From contig JALXBF010000143.1 of the NCBI GenBank assembly GCA_026991575.1, positions 1 to 44,987 on the forward strand: DNA of 44,987 bases, given 5' to 3'. The position numbers and the translations under genes are program-made. This DNA is from Planctomycetota bacterium (GTDB taxonomy: Bacteria; Planctomycetota; Planctomycetia; JALXBF01). The notes below the pieces were generated by a model that saw nothing but the letters and a program-made list of their open reading frames with translations, was not told the DNA's origin and did no database searches. Below are positions 38,810 to 44,987 of this stretch, in pieces; position 1 is the stretch's first letter; every line of letters begins with the position of its first letter.

Positions 38810-41097
38810 GGATGCGGGATGAGTTCGTAATGCAGGGCCAGGGTAGTGCGGCCGATAAGGATCAGGTCGCCGGGCTTGGCTACCGCCATGTCCCGGCGGT
38901 GGACCTGGTTAAGGAAAAAGCCATTGCGGCTGCCCAGGTCCTTCAGTTGCAGTTGGCGTTCGCCGCAGGTCAGTCTCAGATGGCGGCGTGACACGTAGGT
39001 GTCGGTCGTAATGATGATGTCGGCTTGCTTGTCGCGACCAAGCGTGTAGCTTTCGCCTGGCACAAGCACGGCGGTCTGACCCCGCTGCGGGCCGGCAATG
39101 GCGGTCAAGGCCAGTCGCGGCTGGCGGCTGGTGACCAGTCGACTGAAGTAGCACGCTGGCCCGGCAAGGTTGCCCGAGGGCACCACCTTGATCGGCACGA
39201 CGCCCACGTCAACCCTGGCCTCCTCCCGCAGCACGCAGGTCTGCACGTCGCGGCCGTCGACCCGCAGCTCCGTGCCGGGGCAGAGCCGCCAGAGTGTCGG
39301 TCCTTTCTGATGCCAGAAGATCAGCGCATGCACGGGTGCCGCGCCGGCGCCCTTCACGCGAACCTGGCAGACCGGTGCGGCGCCAATGACGATCGGTGGT
39401 CCAGCGCTGCGCACCGGCTCCCGTTCCGGCGCACGCACCTCGCACTCGGCCCGCTCACCCGCCGGAATCGGCGGTAGCTCCGGCGACGCGCCACCGCACC
39501 AGAGTTCGGTCGCATCGAGGCGCTCCCTCCACGAGCCCGGCAGCCACTTCAACGGCTCCTGATCCGGCGCTGGATCTGAGAAGACAAGCCAGGTCGTTCC
39601 GAGCCGCATCAGGTCACCGTTGCGGAGCAGCCGCTGAGAAAGCTGCCAGCCGTTGAACGCCGCCAAGTTGTTCGGCCGCCGCGACACGGCCAGCCAGCCG
39701 CAGGCAAGGCGGATCAGATAGACGTGATGCTTGGAAACGGTGTCGTCGCGCAGCACCAGATGCATGTTCCGCTCGCGCCCGATGCGAAACCTCATCTTGT
39801 TGACCGGGACGATCTGACAACCACCCCCCTCGTGTAACACAACCACCGCTGGCTGATCCGACGGCACATCCCATTCGAACGTCAGCGCGAGCGTTTCCTC
39901 AGAGCGGTCGTCTGCGACACCGACAGGGGGCACAGCCGAACTGCCCGCCGTCTTCTCTTTGCCCTCTTCCAGCAGCGGAACTAGCCGGCCACAGCTAGGA
40001 CACTCAGTCGCCCCGGACGGCACCAGTTCTCCGCAGGAACACTGCCAGCTAGCCTCTGCTTCCGGCCCAGCCGCGGCTGTCCCGGTATGGCAGATCGGGC
40101 AGCGCCGATGCCGCTTGCGCGACGCATAGCCGCACGCTGGACAGCGCCAGGCACTGGGGGTCTGAAGCAGCGGTTCGATCTCGGCCAGCGCCTGGTCCAG
40201 CTCCTCAAAGCTCCCGTACCGCTGCCTCGGGTCCTTCGCCAGACACTTCATCACAATGCCACTCAGCACCGGATGAACATCGTCGCAGGCATGGTCCGGC
40301 GGAATCGGATCTTCGTTTTGGATGGCGAAGAACAGCTCCGGCTGCGTGCGTCCCTTGAACGGCGGCCGCCCACAGAGCATCTGATAAAGAACCGCCCCCA
40401 GCGAGTAAATGTCTGAGGCAACGGTGACGTTACCTGCGCCACGGAGCTGCTCAGGGGAGCTGTACACGGCCGTGCCCAGGAACTGGTCCTCTTTGGTCAG
40501 TTTCGCGTCGCCGAGGATCTTGGCCAGCCCGAAGTCGGTAACTTTAACCTGATTGGTCCGGGTGATCAGAATGTTGGACGGCTTCAGATCGCGGTGCAGC
40601 ACACCCCGGCCCCGCTCGGGTATCTCACGGCTCGTGACCCACTGCATCGCGCGGCAGACCTGCCGGGCATAGCTCACCGCCTGCGGAATGGCCAACCTTC
40701 CCTCAACGCGTAGCAGCTTCTCCAGACTCGGGCCGTCCACGTACTCCAGAATCAGCATCGGCCCGGTGTCTGACTGGTGATAAGTGTGCGCCTGGACGAT
40801 GTTCGGATGGTAGTCCAGCAGCACCCAGACGGCAGCTTCGCGAATGAACCGCTCACGGAGCACAGGCAAGCGAGCATGGGACTCAAGCAGTTGCTTGATG
40901 GCGAATCGCTTGTTGACGACCTCGTCCTTGACGATGTAGACGTACGCCATCCCCCCGGTGTATCGTTTCTCGACCCGATAGTGCCCGTCGATGAGATCAC
41001 CGATGTCGTACGCCACGCGCTCTCTTCCGCCCTCAGTCGCTCGCTCCGCCGATAGCGCGACCCGCCACCACCCTGCCCCGCTCAGCGACCGACCCAA
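38803..41097 (-). CDS. Hanks-type Ser/Thr protein kinase with zinc ribbons and FHA domains
   Basis: GGMAYVY, AIK, HPNIV, HRDLKPSN, DFG, SPEQ, SDIYSLG; four CxxC/CxC knuckles; FHA motifs IGR..VSKHH and LGR..VSRRH..DLGSRNG; start may instead be GTG 41016. Confidence 0.93.
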   Translation of the reverse strand: MGRSLSGAGWWRVALSAERATEGGRERVAYDIGDLIDGHYRVEKRYTGGMAYVYIVKDEVVNKRFAIKQLLESHARLPVLRERFIREAAVWVLLDYHPNIVQAHTYHQSDTGPMLILEYVDGPSLEKLLRVEGRLAIPQAVSYARQVCRAMQWVTSREIPERGRGVLHRDLKPSNILITRTNQVKVTDFGLAKILGDAKLTKEDQFLGTAVYSSPEQLRGAGNVTVASDIYSLGAVLYQMLCGRPPFKGRTQPELFFAIQNEDPIPPDHACDDVHPVLSGIVMKCLAKDPRQRYGSFEELDQALAEIEPLLQTPSAWRCPACGYASRKRHRRCPICHTGTAAAGPEAEASWQCSCGELVPSGATECPSCGRLVPLLEEGKEKTAGSSAVPPVGVADDRSEETLALTFEWDVPSDQPAVVVLHEGGGCQIVPVNKMRFRIGRERNMHLVLRDDTVSKHHVYLIRLACGWLAVSRRPNNLAAFNGWQLSQRLLRNGDLMRLGTTWLVFSDPAPDQEPLKWLPGSWRERLDATELWCGGASPELPPIPAGERAECEVRAPEREPVRSAGPPIVIGAAPVCQVRVKGAGAAPVHALIFWHQKGPTLWRLCPGTELRVDGRDVQTCVLREEARVDVGVVPIKVVPSGNLAGPACYFSRLVTSRQPRLALTAIAGPQRGQTAVLVPGESYTLGRDKQADIIITTDTYVSRRHLRLTCGERQLQLKDLGSRNGFFLNQVHRRDMAVAKPGDLILIGRTTLALHYELIPHPW

Positions 41098-41106
41098 CCA
41101 TGACTC

Positions 41107-42312
41107 CTACAGGTAACGCTGCTGAAACGCCGCTAGCGCCTCTTCGAGCCGCACCAGATCGTCTTCAGTATTGTAAAAATGCGTGCTCACCCGCAGGCAC
41201 TTGCCAATGGGCAACTCCCAAGCAGGCACCTCCACACGATGCTCTTCCCACAAGAACCGGGCTAGCTCGGCCGGATCGACGCGCTCGTCCAGCCGAAAGC
41301 CGGTCACCCCCGACAGCAACTCCTCTTCCCCTTCGTAAAACGGTCGCAACCAGTCGAACCGTTTCAGCCGCTGCCGCAGCGTACGCGTCAGTGCCAGCAC
41401 TCGCCGCCAGATCCGGTCACGCCCGATCCGCCCCTGCAGCAACACAGCCGGCGCCACTGCTAACCACGGACACACGTCTCGGGTTCCCTGGAACTCGAAC
41501 GACCGCAGCCACGGCGTACCACCGTACTCGTTCCGCTCGTGTCTGGTCGCCACATCGTATTCCCAGCCCCAGCTGACAATCACGGGCTGGATCCTCTGCC
41601 CCATCTGTGGGTCGACCCAGAGGAAGCCGGCGGAGATGGGCGCGCACAGCCATTTGTGGCAGTTGCCCGCGTAAAAGTCCGCTCCGATGGCGGTCAGGTC
41701 GAGCGGGAACATTCCCGGTGCGTGCGCGCCGTCGACGACAGTCAGAATGCCCCGCTGCCGCGCCATCCGGCACAGTCGCTCCACAGGTAGCCGCATGCCG
41801 CTCATGTACGTCACATGGCTGATCGCCAGCAGCGAGGCCCCCTGCCGAAGCACGCTCTCGACGCGGTCAACCACATCCTCTCCTGTCACTCGGCACCCCT
41901 GCGGCAGAGCGACCACGCGCAAGGGAACGCCGTGCCGCCGCGCCACCTCCCGCCACAAAAACATCATCGCTCCATATTCCTGGTCCGTGACGACGATCGC
42001 GTCCCGCAAGCGGTCCGTTATCCCGAGACCGACCGTGTTCAGCGCCGCAGTCACATTGACCGTGAAGATCAGATGAAGCGGCTCAACGTTCAAGAAGCGA
42101 GCCAGCACGCCGCGCACCTGCCAGTGGCGTTCCGGAAACTCACGCCAGAGGAACCGCACGGGCTCACGAGTCAGCGACTCACGGTCTCGGATGTACTGCT
42201 CCCAGACCGACCGGTGCAGCAGCCCGTAGGACCCGGTGTTCAGGTAAGCGACCTCGGGATCCCGCACGATCTCCTGCCGCACCTGCTGCCACTTCGCCTC
42301 GGCACTGCTCAT
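41107..42312 (-). CDS. Class V PLP-dependent enzyme (isopenicillin N epimerase / cysteine desulfhydrase-like)
   Basis: YLNTGSYG, SHVT..SG, VDGAHAPG, GNCHKWLCAP, GTRD, LRVS.HFYN. Confidence 0.9.
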   Translation of the reverse strand: MSSAEAKWQQVRQEIVRDPEVAYLNTGSYGLLHRSVWEQYIRDRESLTREPVRFLWREFPERHWQVRGVLARFLNVEPLHLIFTVNVTAALNTVGLGITDRLRDAIVVTDQEYGAMMFLWREVARRHGVPLRVVALPQGCRVTGEDVVDRVESVLRQGASLLAISHVTYMSGMRLPVERLCRMARQRGILTVVDGAHAPGMFPLDLTAIGADFYAGNCHKWLCAPISAGFLWVDPQMGQRIQPVIVSWGWEYDVATRHERNEYGGTPWLRSFEFQGTRDVCPWLAVAPAVLLQGRIGRDRIWRRVLALTRTLRQRLKRFDWLRPFYEGEEELLSGVTGFRLDERVDPAELARFLWEEHRVEVPAWELPIGKCLRVSTHFYNTEDDLVRLEEALAAFQQRYL

Positions 42313-42596
42313 CAGTTCATCCGCTCCGAACTCACCCCAGTGGAACGCCCATTATTGGATGCGACTGTGTGTCGGCATCGAGTGCATCGGCGCCGATCGC
42401 CCGTCTCAATCGTCGACGGCTCGATCCCGGAACCAAGGCGAGCTGCCGAGCAAGTCGGCCAGACGTACTCTATCCGCGCACTCCACATGCGCAAAAGCTC
42501 GATTGCACCCGGGTTGAGTTTCTTCTTCTGGGGCCGCTTACCGCTCGGTTGCCCGCTTGATCCGCCGGCAAGACGGGCCATGGAGACGGTCGCCAT
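42312..42596 (-). CDS. Possible small hypothetical protein (94 aa)
   Basis: Stop overlaps the next start (TGATG); ATG lies inside repeat copy 1; no recognisable family and no clear RBS. Confidence 0.25.
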   Translation of the reverse strand: MATVSMARLAGGSSGQPSGKRPQKKKLNPGAIELLRMWSARIEYVWPTCSAARLGSGIEPSTIETGDRRRCTRCRHTVASNNGRSTGVSSERMN

Positions 42597-42702
42597 GTCA
42601 GAGCAGCATTGGACGAAGTCGTAGGGTAGTAGATCGAACCGCTTGCTTCTAAGGGATAGGGCTAGCAAGCCTCGGTTTCCCGCGGGCCCGGCCCCGCCCA
42701 AC
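42583..42702. repeat. Diverged direct repeat, copy 1 (left of rpn)
   Basis: Core 42649-42702 aligns by hand to 44432-44486 at 44/56 columns; weaker similarity extends ~65 bp to the left. Confidence 0.7.
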
Positions 42703-43091
42703 CACCGGCCCACCACGCTGGCGTGCTGCAAATGAAGAAAAAGGCCACCACCTCCCTCACGCCCGGGGTAAGACACACCCCTCCCGTCGGGTGCATCCGC
42801 ATCCCCGTAGGCTCAGATCATCGCCGGCGGCGCCCACGCACACTGGGCTGCACAGCCGGTCTCGACCCGACCGGCCAAACGGAATTACGGCCGATCGAAA
42901 CGATCGGCCCACCAGCCCAACCACCCGCCGTGCCATCCCTACGCAGCACCACCGAGCCGCATCCTGTCCGACCAGCGCCGCGCGCGCGGCGCGCGCTCAC
43001 CCAGATTTCTCGACTAACGCCGCCACAGCGTTTACCATAACACATTACCACACAATGATATGCATCCACCCCTCACACCCGCCGCCCGCTT

Positions 43092-43108
43092 TGGCACGGC
43101 ATGTGCCA
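43092..43108. promoter_or_regulatory. Palindromic sigma54-like element upstream of rpn
   Basis: TGGCACGGCATGTGCCA gives GG-N10-GC on both strands; AT-rich imperfect palindrome at 43036-43062 upstream. Confidence 0.45.
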
Positions 43109-43284
43109 TAAGCACTCACCATCACAAACACCAACCCCGCCCCACGCCCAACTGTACACCGGGCGCGGGAACAGAGCCGCCTGCGGCCGGCCAACCGTAG
43201 CCACGGCTGCACGCACCAGGTCGCCAGCAGGAGTCTGCGATACGGCTACAACTCACTGTTCAAGACAACTGACGGTGGCGGACG

Positions 43285-44241
43285 ATGGGCATGCATGACA
43301 AAGCCTACAGACAGTTGTTCGCCAACCCCGAAGTCGTCATGGAACTGCTCTCGGGCCTCTTCCGCCTCCTGTGGGACCGGCCGGTGCCGATTCAGAACCT
43401 CTATCGCGCTGCGGAAGGCCATGTGAGTCGGCGTGCCGACCGATCGCGGCTGGCAGACCTGGTGTGGGTTGCGGAGGTGGAGGGCCGGTACGTGGTGGTG
43501 GTGTTTGAGTTCACCCGCACCGTGGAGCAGGACATGCTGGGTCGCATAATGGAGTACATGGCGCTGGCGTGGCGGTCGGTGAGGCGGGAGCTGTTGTCGC
43601 GTGGGGTGCCGGCGGTGCCGTTAGTGGTCGGGGTGGTGATTTACAATGGAGAGGAGCGTTGGACGGCGGCGGAGTGGATTGGGGAGAGATGGCGGGGCCC
43701 CAGCATTGGGTACGTCCGGATCGATGTCTGGCACGACCCGCTGGAGCGGTGGGTGGACTGTCCGCTGATCAGCTATGCGTTTCGACTGCAGCGGGAGCAG
43801 GATGCGGAGCGGGTGGTCGAGTTGCTGCGGGAGTTGGCGGCGCACCTGCGGGCACATGGTTTGGCTCATCTGGAGCCTTCGTTTGCGTACTTTGCGGGGG
43901 CTGTGGTGTTGGGTGGGGAGTTAACTGAGGAGGAGTTATCGGCCATGTCGAAGATCGAAGAGGTCAACACTCGGTTGGAACAGCTCAAGGAACGATGTCG
44001 ACAGCAAGGGTTTGAAGAGGGCCGTCAGCGCGGATTTGAGGAGGGGTTCGAGGAGGGGCATCTGCGAGGCCTAGAACAGGGACAGCAATTGGCATTGCTA
44101 TCGGTTTTGGAGGCGCGTTTCGCGCCGCTACCCCAGTGGGCACGTGAGCGGATCGAGCAGGCAGATAGCGAGGAGCTGAGTGCGTGGATTCGTCGCGCAG
44201 CAACGGCCGAGTCCCTCGAACGCGTCTTCGAGAACGACTGA
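43285..44241 (+). CDS. Rpn/YhgA-like recombination-promoting nuclease (Transposase_31 / PD-(D/E)xK) with DUF4351-like C-terminus
   Basis: HD..Y..LF..P..V..LL, R.AD..W, M..R..EY, VIYNG...W; C-terminal G-x-x-x tetrapeptide repeats and L..RF..LP.....I..A....L..W......SLE.VF. Confidence 0.85.
   Translation: MGMHDKAYRQLFANPEVVMELLSGLFRLLWDRPVPIQNLYRAAEGHVSRRADRSRLADLVWVAEVEGRYVVVVFEFTRTVEQDMLGRIMEYMALAWRSVRRELLSRGVPAVPLVVGVVIYNGEERWTAAEWIGERWRGPSIGYVRIDVWHDPLERWVDCPLISYAFRLQREQDAERVVELLRELAAHLRAHGLAHLEPSFAYFAGAVVLGGELTEEELSAMSKIEEVNTRLEQLKERCRQQGFEEGRQRGFEEGFEEGHLRGLEQGQQLALLSVLEARFAPLPQWARERIEQADSEELSAWIRRAATAESLERVFEND
43945..44241 (+). CDS. Candidate intragenic small protein (RpnS-like, 98 aa) in frame with rpn
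   Basis: GAGGAGGAG (43927-43935) 9 nt before the in-frame ATG at 43945, just ahead of the tetrapeptide repeat helix. Confidence 0.5.
   Translation: MSKIEEVNTRLEQLKERCRQQGFEEGRQRGFEEGFEEGHLRGLEQGQQLALLSVLEARFAPLPQWARERIEQADSEELSAWIRRAATAESLERVFEND
44008..44091 (+). repeat. Seven degenerate 12-nt units encoding GFEE-GRQR-GFEE-GFEE-GHLR-GLEQ-GQQL
   Basis: Read directly from the sequence and its translation. Confidence 0.8.
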
Positions 44242-44370
44242 AACACTGACCCACAGCTCCAGCTCCCGGCTGGCGGGTCGGATACACGGTGCCCTCGTCG
44301 GCGATGTTTGGCCTCTTGCAGCCACTCAATCAGCAGCTCGTTCGCAGTGTGTGCAAGCCATACGCGGAAG

Positions 44371-44486
44371 GACACCTTCGCCACATCCCCGGAGCAATTC
44401 GTGAACCGAAGGGTTGACGGATCCGGCGTGCCTAAGCGGGATAAGACTAGCAAGCACCGGTCGCCCGGGGCCCGCCCCCACCGAAC
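44371..44486. repeat. Diverged direct repeat, copy 2 (right of rpn)
   Basis: Shares CTAA..GGGATA.G.CTAGCAAGC..CGGT..CCCG.GGGCCCG.CCCC.CC.AAC with copy 1. Confidence 0.7.
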
Positions 44487-44987
44487 TGGACGCACGGTTC
44501 TCCCGCACCCGGCTCTACAGTCGGCGGCCCTACCACAAAGGAGACTTCCCTGAGGTGGTTAGCCACGCGGGACGGCCAGCCGTGTTCGACTTAAAAACGA
44601 CCGAGTCACCTTCTGCGCGGGTCGCCTCCAGGCCCAACAACGCACACCGGGCTGGGACCTCACCATCTCACACGCCGTCACCCGAGGCCGCCGGGAGACA
44701 ACCTCCAGCTTCACGGCCATCGCCAGAACCTCACTCCAGCCCCGCCACCTTCTTTAGCCATCCCGAGCACTCACGCTGGTGCCCGTCTGCCGCTGCACCT
44801 TCCGCTCGCCTCCGCCTTCCTGGACCCCGTCGCTGTACGGGCATTACCCCGCTTCCTCCTTTGCTTGCCACCCTCTGACTCCTGATGGGCCGCTCCTCCT
44901 GTCGGTTCGGTGCTCCGATTCGCCCCAGTCCGGCGAGCACCAAGCGGACCGCCGGGGGACATCTTACAGGGCCCACCCTATACCCTG

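Noticed and set aside
41107..42312. Beta-lactam biosynthesis implied by the isopenicillin-N-epimerase-like gene
   Set aside because: No ACV synthetase, IPNS or other cluster genes; the family is widespread with other functions
43285..44241. rpn as a true IS transposase
   Set aside because: No terminal inverted repeats or target duplication seen; Transposase_31 proteins are PD-(D/E)xK nucleases, not DDE transposases
44387..44470. c-di-GMP-I riboswitch call for the three-stem structure
   Set aside because: Only loose resemblance (GCAA, GAAG loop, CCTAAG); lacks GGCAAA/GACGCAAAGC cores and has no downstream plus-strand gene; kept only as part of the repeat finding
1..44987. CRISPR array, tRNA or rRNA genes
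   Set aside because: No regularly spaced repeats, cloverleaf/T-loop in intergenic DNA, or rRNA-like tract found by eye
44487..44987. ORFs at the right edge (44414-44878, 44731-44976)
   Set aside because: Low-complexity Pro/Arg/Ser translations without motifs or clear RBS

Overview
GC-rich bacterial chromosomal window, almost certainly Planctomycetota: it carries two DUF1559 prepilin-like genes, a DUF1501 / DUF1549-DUF1553 / cytochrome c-WD40 module and PEP-CTERM proteins. About 31 credible CDS. From left to right: PHP-like hydrolase, PfpI, GNAT; queC-queD-CPA2/CBS antiporter-M20 hydrolase; a secreted Kelch-FN3 protein plus a Tat-type alpha/alpha-barrel protein; two DUF1559 genes; a long minus-strand DUF1501 module with ABC-2 permease and ceramidase-like genes; a stress/sulfur block (RCK channel, S2P-CBS, USP, ArsR, YeeE/YedE pair); an enolase-family enzyme and GH127; two PEP-CTERM proteins behind a near-consensus sigma54 promoter with tandem enhancer-like sites; a GT-C transferase, a Ser/Thr kinase-FHA protein and a class V PLP enzyme; and an Rpn/YhgA-like nuclease. 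The most unusual region is the rpn locus. It shows a candidate intragenic small-protein start, an altered catalytic motif, codon mosaicism, a palindromic sigma54-like site, and two diverged ~120-bp direct repeats flanking the gene. I saw no tRNA, rRNA or CRISPR array. All family calls come from motif recognition by eye, not database searches.
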